Shown: positions 28,458-37,188, counted from the first letter of the stretch. The stretch: 64,000 nt of DNA from an uncultured Candidatus Saccharibacteria bacterium (GCA_964574655.1 CAZNOH010000001.1:9852-73851), one strand, 5' to 3'. Notes: a model not told the origin generated them from the sequence alone. A program made the numbers and translations.

Positions 28458-28696
28458 CAATTCTTTTGATTGTTTTGTCGGCAATTGCGATGTTGGTTGG
28501 TTCGGCTTTGATTTTGGATTTTTGGACGCCTTTCAAAAATGAACATGGCGAAAAAACGCCGCTGTTGCCAAAAGAAAAAAGTGCAGTCGGAGTGATTGTG
28601 CTAGGAATAGTTGTTTCATTGTTATCATTGATCTTTGTTGCTAATCCGCCTTGGCTTAGTCAGCTTCGCGAGAAGATGAAGTCTAACAAGGCGTGA
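28448..28696 (+). CDS. Small 2-TM protein (paralog of 19697..19927)
   Basis: 82 aa, two hydrophobic helices, shared W.PF...K.PL..KEK pattern, SD AGGAGGCGAGCC, followed by terminator CCCGAA/TTCGGG. Confidence 0.55.
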   Translation: MWLTILLIVLSAIAMLVGSALILDFWTPFKNEHGEKTPLLPKEKSAVGVIVLGIVVSLLSLIFVANPPWLSQLREKMKSNKA

Positions 28697-28710
28697 ACTT
28701 TTGTACTTTA

Positions 28711-28735
28711 CCCGAAAATAACTTCGGGTTTTTTA
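28711..28735 (+). terminator. Terminator after the second small 2-TM gene
   Basis: CCCGAA-AATAAC-TTCGGG followed by TTTTTTA. Confidence 0.65.
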
Positions 28736-28865
28736 TTTAATCGACAAGTTGTTATTAAAAACGTATAATTTAGATAATAAAAATATAAAATTTATATTAA
28801 ATTAAAATAAAAATATTTGTTCTTTGAAAAAAAGGAGGGCGTAAAAATGGCGTGGTTGAAGAAAA

Positions 28866-29618
28866 ATGATTGAATGGATAAAAGTTGTGATTAATAATTT
28901 TATTCCTATTGTAAAAGAATTGCTAAGTGCAAGAATTTCAAAAATGAGGCAAGTGATTGTTAATTTTCGATATTGGAGATTGATGTCATTTGTTTTTGTA
29001 TCTGTTTGTTTGTTGGTAGTCTTTTTGTTTAATGCTAATTTGAGTTATGAAAATTTAGATTCAGACTTTGATGTTAAATCTAATATTGTTGATTTGAATA
29101 AGCGAGATGTTGGAATCTTGAATTATCAAGATGTGATTTTGTCTTCAGGGCCATTTTTGGATTCTGGCAATGTTGTTTTTGATAGGCCACAAAAACAGAT
29201 TGTTGTCGTAGAAAAAAGATTTGAGAAAATAAAAGTGAAGGAAAAATTGAAGAGAGATTTTTGGAGGGTGTTTTTTGTTGTAGATGATAAATCATTGGAT
29301 GCAAAAGCTACGAGATGGAAGGCTGATCTTTCGCAGATGAGATACATATGTAATTCAAATTGGAATAGACGAGCTGATGTTGTTTGCAAGAGACATGATT
29401 ATTTTTGTACTGTTGCATTTGAGATTGTTTTGGACGGACAGAAATATAAAGTTGTTTTTAGATCAGATGTTGCTATGAATGGCTTTGACAGGGTAAGTAA
29501 GATGAAAGTGTATGTTTGGGGACAAGAAAATATGAAAATTGATATAGAAAACAGTAAGGATTTGGTTGGCAAAATAATTGCATTAAGACCAAAGTGTTCG
29601 CCTTTTTCAAGTGATTAG
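28866..29618 (+). CDS. Hypothetical N-terminally anchored protein; start overlaps a 8-codon uORF
   Basis: SD AGGAGGG serves ATG 28847 (MAWLKKND, stop 28871-73). The main ATG at 28866 lies in another frame inside the uORF, so its true start is uncertain. Confidence 0.45.
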   Translation: MIEWIKVVINNFIPIVKELLSARISKMRQVIVNFRYWRLMSFVFVSVCLLVVFLFNANLSYENLDSDFDVKSNIVDLNKRDVGILNYQDVILSSGPFLDSGNVVFDRPQKQIVVVEKRFEKIKVKEKLKRDFWRVFFVVDDKSLDAKATRWKADLSQMRYICNSNWNRRADVVCKRHDYFCTVAFEIVLDGQKYKVVFRSDVAMNGFDRVSKMKVYVWGQENMKIDIENSKDLVGKIIALRPKCSPFSSD

Positions 29619-29761
29619 TTTGTTCTTTTTGGGGTCAAAATGCTATATTCTGGCATTTTTTTATTGATTGTTGTCTTGTTTGTGGCGAAATCTAATTTTT
29701 TCTTGCATTATTTAATATTACGTGGTAAGATAAGAAATACAAATTTTAAAATTATTACATT

Positions 29762-30265
29762 ATGAAGTACGAATTATCAATGTTTTTGTCGCCTAAAATG
29801 ACCGATGAGCAGGCAGAAAAAAAGACAAAAGAATTAGAAAAAATCCTAGCAAAATTTGATGCGAAAATTTTAGAATCAAATTTTTTAGGAATGAAAGATT
29901 TGGCTTATCCAATCAAGCATTTTAATCAAGGATATTATTTTATTGTTAAAATTGAGGCTGATCAGACTAAAATTAAAAAGATAAGATACCAAGTTTGTGA
30001 TGAATTAGAAGCTGTCAGATTATTAGTGACCAAACAAGAAAAAGATATTAAATTAGAAACTGAAAATAAAGTTGAAGGCGAAGTAAAAGAATTAGCAATA
30101 GAAGATAAAGGCGAAGTCATTTCTGAAAAGAAAGAAGAGAAGAAAGAGAAAAAGATGGTTGAAGATAAGGTTGAAGAAAAACCAATTCTTAAAAAAGAAA
30201 AGCCAGAAGAAACAGATATGGATAAAAAATTAGATAAAATTCTGGAAGAAGATATTGTTGATTAA
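29762..30265 (+). CDS. rpsF: 30S ribosomal protein S6 with K/E-rich C-terminal extension
   Basis: S6 fold signature (MKYELSMFLSP...GMKDLAYPIKH) and rpsF-ssb-rpsR synteny. Confidence 0.85.
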   Translation: MKYELSMFLSPKMTDEQAEKKTKELEKILAKFDAKILESNFLGMKDLAYPIKHFNQGYYFIVKIEADQTKIKKIRYQVCDELEAVRLLVTKQEKDIKLETENKVEGEVKELAIEDKGEVISEKKEEKKEKKMVEDKVEEKPILKKEKPEETDMDKKLDKILEEDIVD

Positions 30266-30402
30266 TTAAAAAAGTTATTTTAAAAATAAATATTTGTGAG
30301 TTCATCCTTGCCTTGGCTTACTAAGTTAAGCACTAGGAAACTCTGCTTGATTCCCGCAATATACGGGATTTTGGCGGATAAGGAGTAGAGCTTTAAAAAT
30401 CT

Positions 30403-31026
30403 ATGGATTTGAACAAAGCAATGATTATCGGAAGATTGACTCGTGATCCAGAAACGAAAACTATTCCTACGGGATCAAATGTTTGTACATTTGGAGTTGC
30501 AACTAATTTGATGTGGAAAGATGCATCTGGCCAAAGACAAGAAAAGGTTGAGTACCACAATATTGTTACATGGAGAAAGTTAGCTGATATTTGCAGCCAA
30601 TATTTAACAAAAGGCAAGAAAGTTTATATTGAGGGCAGATTGCAGACTCGCGATTGGGTTGGACAAGATGGAGCAAGGAGAAACAGAACTGAGATAGTTG
30701 CGGAAAATATGATTATGCTTGATTCAAAAGGTATGAACCAAACAGCTAATACAGGAAGTTTTGCAAATCGAAATTCTGTACAAACTCAACCACAAGTAAC
30801 ACCTGCAGTTAGACCAGTTAATCAAAATTCTGAAAGCTTTGGAGCTGTTTCAAAGCCTGTTTCTGAGAATTTACCTTCAATTTCTTTGGAAGAGCCAGCT
30901 AATTCAATAGCGCCAGCTATGCCTGTTCAAAATGTAATGCCAAAAGCAATTCCAAGCCCAACCGTATCAGTTGCAACAGAAGTAAAGAAAGACGAAGAAA
31001 TTAGAGTTGAGGATATTCCATTTTAG
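30403..31026 (+). CDS. ssb: Single-stranded DNA-binding protein
   Basis: OB-fold SSB core (IIGRLTRDPE...YHNIVTWRKLAD), disordered tail ending DIPF. Confidence 0.9.
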   Translation: MDLNKAMIIGRLTRDPETKTIPTGSNVCTFGVATNLMWKDASGQRQEKVEYHNIVTWRKLADICSQYLTKGKKVYIEGRLQTRDWVGQDGARRNRTEIVAENMIMLDSKGMNQTANTGSFANRNSVQTQPQVTPAVRPVNQNSESFGAVSKPVSENLPSISLEEPANSIAPAMPVQNVMPKAIPSPTVSVATEVKKDEEIRVEDIPF

Positions 31027-31060
31027 AGCTTCGGAGCGTAGGAACTTTGGAACTTCGGAA
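31025..31060. repeat. Word repeat W6-like (GAGCTTCGGAGCGTAGGAACTTTGGAACTTCGGAAAA)
   Basis: Shares the GAGCTTCGGA and ACTTCGGAA words with 46682..46764. Confidence 0.5.
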
Positions 31061-31134
31061 AATGAACATTTGAAATCAAAAATTGGATACGAACTAGTAT
31101 TTTTAATTTTTTATTTTTTTATATTTTAAAATGT

Positions 31135-31350
31135 ATGGCGGAGACTATTTTTAGAAAACCGTGTATGCTCTGCGCGGAAAAAATTGAGGTGATTAACTAT
31201 CGAGACGTTAATTTTTTAAAAAAATTTTTAACTCCTTATGTAAAAATTGCCTCTACTAGAAGATCTGGAAATTGCGCAAGACACCAAAGAATGGTGGCAA
31301 AGGCAATCAAAAGAGCAAGAGTATTAGGATTACTTCCTTTTATTAGATAG
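31135..31350 (+). CDS. rpsR: 30S ribosomal protein S18
   Basis: Conserved S18 region (YRDVNFLKKFLTPYVKI...TRRSGNCARHQR). Confidence 0.9.
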   Translation: MAETIFRKPCMLCAEKIEVINYRDVNFLKKFLTPYVKIASTRRSGNCARHQRMVAKAIKRARVLGLLPFIR

Positions 31351-31354
31351 CAAG

Positions 31355-31397
31355 CGCTGATTTTACGCTGATTTCTAACGCTGATTTGACGCTGATA
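31355..31397. repeat. Word repeat W5: four tandem ACGCTGAT(T)T units (CGCTGATTTTACGCTGATTTCTAACGCTGATTTGACGCTGAT)
   Basis: 41/42 identical to 61204..61251. Confidence 0.85.
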
Positions 31398-31438
31398 TTT
31401 TGGTTAACATGTTAATATTGTTCTATAATTTTTTTATT

Positions 31439-33286
31439 ATGGATAAAATAAAATTAAAATTAGAGGAATTAAGAAAGAAGGGTCTGGTTGATTCTGCTTT
31501 TAAAAATATAAATGATTGGCTTTCAAATTCTGATTGCCAATCTTTTTTTGGTGAAATTGAAAAGATGATTTTGGATAGCAATGTTGACGATTTGAATAAT
31601 GCTTTTTTTCAGGTTATTCCTTTTGGGACTGGAGGAAGAAGGGGAATGATGGGCGTAGGTTCTAACAGAATTAACATTCGGACAATTTCTGAATCAGCTC
31701 AAGGTTTTGCAGATTATTTAATTGAATATTTCGGCAGCAAGGTATTGAAAAAGGGTATTGTGGTTACTTATGATGTTCGTCATAATTCACGTCTTTTTGC
31801 AGAAATAGCGGCTTCAGTTTTTGCTGGAAATAATTTTAAGGTTTATTTTTATGAAGGTGTTAGATCAACTCCGCAAATCTCTTTTACAATCAGAAAAATG
31901 AAGGTTGTTGGCGGGGCAATGATTAGTGCTAGTCATAACCCTCCTTCTGATAATGGCATTAAAATATACTTTGATAATGGTGGACAGATTGTTCCGCCTC
32001 ATGACAAAAATATTATTAATAAAGTCATGGCTGTAAAAAAAATAAAAACAATTGATTTTGATAAAGCAAAACAAAGTGGAAAAATAAAAATTTTGGGTAA
32101 AAAAGTTGATCAAGATTTTATTGATACGGTTAGCAAATTGTCATTAGGAAATTATCGTGATGTCCATATTTTGTTTACTCCTTTAAATGGTTGTGCGAGT
32201 ACTTCTTTTTTGCCAGTCTTGAAAAATGTTGGTTTTAAAAAAATAGAAACAGTAAAAAGTCAGATGGCTTGTGATCCAGATTTCAAAGGCGTTGCAAAAC
32301 AGATTCCTAATCCAGAAGTGCCGATTTCTTTAGACATAGCAACTAAGCAGGCTAAAAAAAGCAAAGTTGATGTGCTAGTAGCAGCTGATCCTGATGCTGA
32401 TAGAATTGGCGTTGTCAGTCCTAAGACAATAAAAAAGGAAAATTATGTATTTATGAATGGCAATCAGATTGGCGTTCTGCTTTTAGATTATATTACGAAA
32501 ATATTAAGCAAGAAAACTGACTTGAAAAAATCAATGGTAATTAAGACTGTTGTGACAACTGATTTGTTGACAAAAATTGCAGTTGATAATGGCTGTAAAG
32601 TAATTACTGATTTGCCAGTTGGTTTTAAATATATTGGCAATGCAATTGATGAAAGATTAAAAGGCAATAAATTTTTATTTGGTGCAGAAGAAAGTCATGG
32701 ATATTTGTATGGAGATTATGCTCGAGATAAAGATGGCGCAATTGCAGCATTATTGATTTGTGAGTATGCAGCTTTATTAAAAAAAGAAGGTAAGACTTTA
32801 TTTGAGCAACTAGAGATTATAAAGAAAAAATATGGTTATTATCGAGAATTATTGCAAGCTGTCTTTTATAAAGGTATGGATGGGATGGACAAGATGAAAA
32901 AAATCATGGATAAAATTAGATCAAAATTACCAACTAAAGTTTCTGGCTTGGAAGTTTTTACTGTTCTTGATCAATTAGAAAAGAAGTTTATTGATCCAAA
33001 AACTAGTAAAGTTGTTGGCAAATATATTGGCTTTCCGGATAATGCTTTGATATTTTATTTGAATAAAGAAAAAACAATTAGGGTGGTTGTTAGACCATCC
33101 GGAACTGAACCAAAAATTAAATTTTATGCAGCTTGTGGAATGGAAGTTGGAGAAGAAAAATCTGAAAAGGAGTATAACGAGATTAAATTAAAATGTGATA
33201 AATTGGTGCATGAAATTTTGGAAGACTTTGTTCTAAGAGCAGAGAAAATTTCTGCTGGTGGTGAAAGATTTGAAATACTAGGATAA
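31439..33286 (+). CDS. Phosphoglucomutase/phosphomannomutase family protein (alpha-D-phosphohexomutase)
   Basis: Active-site ISASHNPPSDNGIK, metal-binding DPDADR, sugar-binding GAEESHG. Start taken at MDKIKL; the ORF opens at 31400. Confidence 0.85.
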   Translation: MDKIKLKLEELRKKGLVDSAFKNINDWLSNSDCQSFFGEIEKMILDSNVDDLNNAFFQVIPFGTGGRRGMMGVGSNRINIRTISESAQGFADYLIEYFGSKVLKKGIVVTYDVRHNSRLFAEIAASVFAGNNFKVYFYEGVRSTPQISFTIRKMKVVGGAMISASHNPPSDNGIKIYFDNGGQIVPPHDKNIINKVMAVKKIKTIDFDKAKQSGKIKILGKKVDQDFIDTVSKLSLGNYRDVHILFTPLNGCASTSFLPVLKNVGFKKIETVKSQMACDPDFKGVAKQIPNPEVPISLDIATKQAKKSKVDVLVAADPDADRIGVVSPKTIKKENYVFMNGNQIGVLLLDYITKILSKKTDLKKSMVIKTVVTTDLLTKIAVDNGCKVITDLPVGFKYIGNAIDERLKGNKFLFGAEESHGYLYGDYARDKDGAIAALLICEYAALLKKEGKTLFEQLEIIKKKYGYYRELLQAVFYKGMDGMDKMKKIMDKIRSKLPTKVSGLEVFTVLDQLEKKFIDPKTSKVVGKYIGFPDNALIFYLNKEKTIRVVVRPSGTEPKIKFYAACGMEVGEEKSEKEYNEIKLKCDKLVHEILEDFVLRAEKISAGGERFEILG

Positions 33287-33323
33287 TAAATTTTACACAA
33301 ATTAAAAACTAATTAGATATAAA

Positions 33324-33353
33324 TAAAAAACGAGAATTGAACCTCGTTTTTTT
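33324..33353. terminator. Bidirectional terminator between the phosphohexomutase and 33361 genes
   Basis: AAAAAACGAG-AATTGAAC-CTCGTTTTTTT. Confidence 0.6.
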
Positions 33354-33360
33354 AATTACT

Positions 33361-33837
33361 TTATATTTCTACTAATTTTTTTTCGTAATCTAGGACTAAT
33401 GTTTTTTTATTCTTTTTGATTATTTTTTGTCCTTCTTGCTTTAAAATTTTGGCTTGATTGGCGATTCCGCCTGGATATTTTTCATTCAATTCGCCATCTT
33501 TTTTTAGCGTTCTCCAATATGGTGTAATTTTTTTCTTGCCTTCCTGTCTCGCTTCTTCAGCAGCATGAGCTGATATCCATGTAAAGATGCCACAAGTAAG
33601 CGGACAGCCGATATCAGTGCCATGTTTTTTGGCAACTTTTTGGCGAATGATGTCGGTTGTAATTAATTTTCCTCTCGGGACTTTGGCCATAATATTGTTA
33701 ACTTCCATTGGTGAGGGGACAGTCATTGTCTCTCCTTTCCAATGAGTTTGAGCTTCTTTATCTAGTTTAACAATCTTTGGCAAATCTTTGCTGTCTTTTA
33801 ATTTTTCTTGCCATGATTTTTTCTTTTTAGTTGCCAT
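33361..33837 (-). CDS. Hypothetical conserved protein (possibly MGMT-like DNA-binding fold; uncertain)
   Basis: 158 aa basic protein. VPRGKLITTDIIRQKVAKKHGTDIGCP weakly resembles the O6-alkylguanine-transferase DNA-binding region. Confidence 0.4.
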   Translation of the reverse strand: MATKKKKSWQEKLKDSKDLPKIVKLDKEAQTHWKGETMTVPSPMEVNNIMAKVPRGKLITTDIIRQKVAKKHGTDIGCPLTCGIFTWISAHAAEEARQEGKKKITPYWRTLKKDGELNEKYPGGIANQAKILKQEGQKIIKKNKKTLVLDYEKKLVEI

Positions 33838-33891
33838 GTTTTTACGTTATATTTTTAAAAAAAGACAGAATATTGTTCTGTCTTTTAATTA

Positions 33892-34884
33892 TTAAGCTAG
33901 TCCCATATTTTGTTTAACTTTTTCCATTGTTTTTTTGGCTTGTTCCTGGGCTTTATTTGTACTGTTTTGTAAAATTTTTAAGATTTTTGTTTTATCTTTT
34001 AACAATTCTTGTTTTTTGTTTTGGATTGGTTTTAATAATTTTATTAATTCTTGAGCTAAATCTTTTTTGAAATCAGCATAGCTAGTTGAATCTTTATATT
34101 TATTTTGGATTTGTTGTAAAGTCCAGCCAGTTGCTAAATGATAAATTGATAATAGATTTGAGATAGCTGGCTTTTTTTCAGGATCAAAAAATATTTTATT
34201 ATCAGAATCAGTAACTGCAGACATTATTTTTTTCTTAATATCATCTTCTGAATCTGAAAGAGAAATATATGATTTTGGGTTATGAGATTTGGACATTTTT
34301 TTGGTTGCATCTTGCAATGACATTATTTTTGCTCCAACTTCTGGAATGAAATGTTCTGGAATTGTGAATGTTTGACCAAATTTTGTATTAAACTTGTGGG
34401 CTAAAGTTCTGGTTAGTTCAATATGCTGTTTTTGATCATGACCAACTGGTACAATATTTGTTTGATACAGTAAAATATCAGCAGCCTGCAAAACTGGATA
34501 ATCTAGTAGACCGATATTAATGTTTTTGGCATGTTGAGCTTTTTTGTCTTTGAATTGAGTCATTCTTTCTAATTCAGAAATTGGCGTAATTGTATTAAGA
34601 AGCCAAGCAAGTTCGCTATGTTCTTTGATTTTTGATTGGACAAAAATAATTGATTTTTCTGGATTAATTCCGCAAGCGATGTAGGTTGCTATTGTGTCTA
34701 AGATTTTGTCTTGAAATTGTTTTGGATCATAATCAATTGTAATGGCATGTAAATCAACGACACAAAAATAGCAGAGATTACCTTGTTTTTGGAATTCTAA
34801 CCAATTCTTGATTGCACCAAAATAATTTCCGATGTGTAATTCTCCACTAGGTTGGATGCCAGAAAAAACTATTTTTTTAGACAT
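33892..34884 (-). CDS. trpS: Tryptophan--tRNA ligase
   Basis: Class I HIGH (GELHIGNY) and KMSKS motifs, 330 aa. Confidence 0.92.
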   Translation of the reverse strand: MSKKIVFSGIQPSGELHIGNYFGAIKNWLEFQKQGNLCYFCVVDLHAITIDYDPKQFQDKILDTIATYIACGINPEKSIIFVQSKIKEHSELAWLLNTITPISELERMTQFKDKKAQHAKNINIGLLDYPVLQAADILLYQTNIVPVGHDQKQHIELTRTLAHKFNTKFGQTFTIPEHFIPEVGAKIMSLQDATKKMSKSHNPKSYISLSDSEDDIKKKIMSAVTDSDNKIFFDPEKKPAISNLLSIYHLATGWTLQQIQNKYKDSTSYADFKKDLAQELIKLLKPIQNKKQELLKDKTKILKILQNSTNKAQEQAKKTMEKVKQNMGLA

Positions 34885-34894
34885 AAAATATATT

Positions 34895-35380
34895 TTATTT
34901 TCTTGTAATAATTAAGCCTCCTAGGAATGTGTGGGTAAAAACAATTTTATTTTTAAATAATATTTGTTCGTGTCCGTTAAATTTTGATATATCTCCTTGC
35001 CAATCAGATTTGTATTGCCAGTCTTTATCAATAAATTCTTTTGGGCCACGTGGTTGGAATCGTTTTTTCTTTTCACCAGCTGATAGAGCTTTTTTTAAAA
35101 AATTGAAAGTTAGGTGGGCAAATTCTGTATTATCTTGAAAACTTTTTTCTATTCCGCCTCCGTAAATTTGTGTCCATAATGGTTTTTTGTTATGCCAAAC
35201 AGTTTCACGGCCCCAAGATTGGAAGAAGCCAGCATAGCTATCTTTATAGTACCATTCATTTTCGGTAAATTCCAATTCTTTGAATCCTGGTTCTTCAGGA
35301 TCCATTTCTGGTCCGCCGCCAGCGTATGTAGCAAGAGTTGCTTTTCCTAAAAAAATATTTAGTTCTTTTAATGATAGCAT
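34895..35380 (-). CDS. Hypothetical protein
   Basis: 161 aa W/Y-rich soluble protein immediately downstream of trpS on the same strand. No family recognised. Confidence 0.45.
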   Translation of the reverse strand: MLSLKELNIFLGKATLATYAGGGPEMDPEEPGFKELEFTENEWYYKDSYAGFFQSWGRETVWHNKKPLWTQIYGGGIEKSFQDNTEFAHLTFNFLKKALSAGEKKKRFQPRGPKEFIDKDWQYKSDWQGDISKFNGHEQILFKNKIVFTHTFLGGLIITRK

Positions 35381-35390
35381 ATGTCTTTAT

Positions 35391-37082
35391 TTAAACCTCT
35401 ATTATTACAGGTAAAATCATTGGTCTTCTTTGAGTTTTAGTAAATAGAAATTGGCCAATTTGATCACGAACTTTGTTTCTGATATAAGTATCATTTGATG
35501 AAGTCCTTGGGTCATGATCGATCATAATTCTCTTTATTCTTTCTTTAGTTTGTCCAATCAATCTTTTTGATTCTTTCATAAAGACAAAGCCACGAGAAAT
35601 AATATCTGGATCACTGACTAATTTTCCAGTTTTGCCATCCATGGTTAAGATTATTACAAACATGCCATCTTCGGCCATTGCTTGGCGATCTCTTAGGACA
35701 ATATTTGAAACATCACCAACTCCAAGACCATCAACCATGATATGTCCAGCAGGAACTTTTCGTTTTGTTAGCTCGCCAACTACAGTTTCTCCTTGTTTTT
35801 GATATTCCATGATTTGGCCATTGTCGCAGATGAAAATATTTTTTTCTGGCATAATCTTTGTATTTCTAGCAATATCGCCGTGAAGTTTTAGTAGGAAATG
35901 ATTTCCATGGACAGGAATAAAATATTTTGGTTTGGTTAAAGTAATCATTTCTGTTAGATCATCAATAAAACCATGACCGCTGGAATGGACATCCATCATT
36001 TTGTAATGAAAAATGTCTGCACCTAATCTTGTCAAATTATCTTTTAATCTTTGAACACTTCTTTCGTTACCAGGAATTACAGAAGAGGAAAAGATAATAG
36101 AATCTCCTTTTTCAATTTCTATTTCTTTGTGGTCTTGATTTGCAATACGCATCAAAACAGCTGCTTCTTCGCCTTGAGCGCCGGTACATAGAATAATTAT
36201 TTTATCTTTTGGTAATTTTAAGGCTTGTTTAGTGCTGACAAGAATCTTTTTTCCAGTTTTTAAATAGCCTAATTTTCTGCAGATTTCAACATTTGTTTTC
36301 ATTGAAAAACCTTCGATAGCAACCTTCTTGCCTAATTTTTCAGCAATAAAAATAACTTGTTGAATACGAGTAATAAGGGAAGAAAAAGTGGCTAAGATAA
36401 TTCTACCTTTGGCTTCGGAAATGATTTTGCTCAATGTCTCCATAATCGTTTTTTCGGAAATCGAATGGCCTTGATTTTCAGCACCAGTGCTATCTGACAT
36501 CAAAGCTAAAACGCCTTGTTTTCCCATTTTGGCTAATTTTTCTTTGTTGGCTGGCAGGTCGCCAATTGGTGTTGGATCAAATTTGAAATCGCCAGTATGA
36601 ATTACAGTTCCAACAGGTGAGTGGACGATTACTCCATAGCCATCTGGAATATTGTGATTGACTTTGAAAAATTCAACTTTAAATTGACCAAGTTGAATTT
36701 GGTCTTGTTCGTTAATTGTATAAATTGATAATTTTTCTTTTTTATCAAATTCTTCTTGGCGTTTTTCGATCATTGCCCTTGTTAATTTGGCAGTGAAAAT
36801 TGTTGGATTGCCAATGCGATCCATAATGTGAGGGATAGCGCCAATGTGGTCAAAGTGACCATGAGTAATAATAACGCCTCTAATATAGTTTTCTTTGCCT
36901 TTTAAATAGGCGATGTTTGGAATGATATAATCAATTCCGGGCATATTTTCTTCTGGGAACTGCAAGCCCATATCAATAATGATAATGTCTCTTGCATATT
37001 CGATTAAGGTCATATTTCGACCTATTTCTTCTAATCCGCCTAGTGGAATAATTTTTAATTTCGGTATATATTTGTTGTCCAT
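35391..37082 (-). CDS. rnj: Ribonuclease J (metallo-beta-lactamase / beta-CASP RNase)
   Basis: HGHFDH zinc motif (ITHGHFDHIGAI), beta-CASP and C-terminal domain; 563 aa. Confidence 0.9.
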   Translation of the reverse strand: MDNKYIPKLKIIPLGGLEEIGRNMTLIEYARDIIIIDMGLQFPEENMPGIDYIIPNIAYLKGKENYIRGVIITHGHFDHIGAIPHIMDRIGNPTIFTAKLTRAMIEKRQEEFDKKEKLSIYTINEQDQIQLGQFKVEFFKVNHNIPDGYGVIVHSPVGTVIHTGDFKFDPTPIGDLPANKEKLAKMGKQGVLALMSDSTGAENQGHSISEKTIMETLSKIISEAKGRIILATFSSLITRIQQVIFIAEKLGKKVAIEGFSMKTNVEICRKLGYLKTGKKILVSTKQALKLPKDKIIILCTGAQGEEAAVLMRIANQDHKEIEIEKGDSIIFSSSVIPGNERSVQRLKDNLTRLGADIFHYKMMDVHSSGHGFIDDLTEMITLTKPKYFIPVHGNHFLLKLHGDIARNTKIMPEKNIFICDNGQIMEYQKQGETVVGELTKRKVPAGHIMVDGLGVGDVSNIVLRDRQAMAEDGMFVIILTMDGKTGKLVSDPDIISRGFVFMKESKRLIGQTKERIKRIMIDHDPRTSSNDTYIRNKVRDQIGQFLFTKTQRRPMILPVIIEV

Positions 37083-37140
37083 AATAGTTATAATTTTTAA
37101 GTAAAATAAAAATTTATTTTAAAATGTTTTATTTTTGTTT

Positions 37141-37185
37141 GTTAAATGTTAAATTGTTTAATTGCTAAATTGTTAAAGTATAAAA
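37141..37185. repeat. Word repeat W2 (GTTAAATGTTAAATTGTTTAATTGCTAAATTGTTAAAG)
   Basis: Shares AATTGCTAAATTGTT with 49743..49757. Confidence 0.6.
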
Positions 37186-37188
37186 ATT

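Noticed and set aside
30266-30402. Possible tRNA or structured RNA in the rpsF-ssb spacer
   Set aside because: No cloverleaf can be drawn (no T-loop GTTC[GA]A motif, no matching acceptor stem). There is only a short CCCG/CGGG hairpin, so it is treated as plain intergenic spacer.
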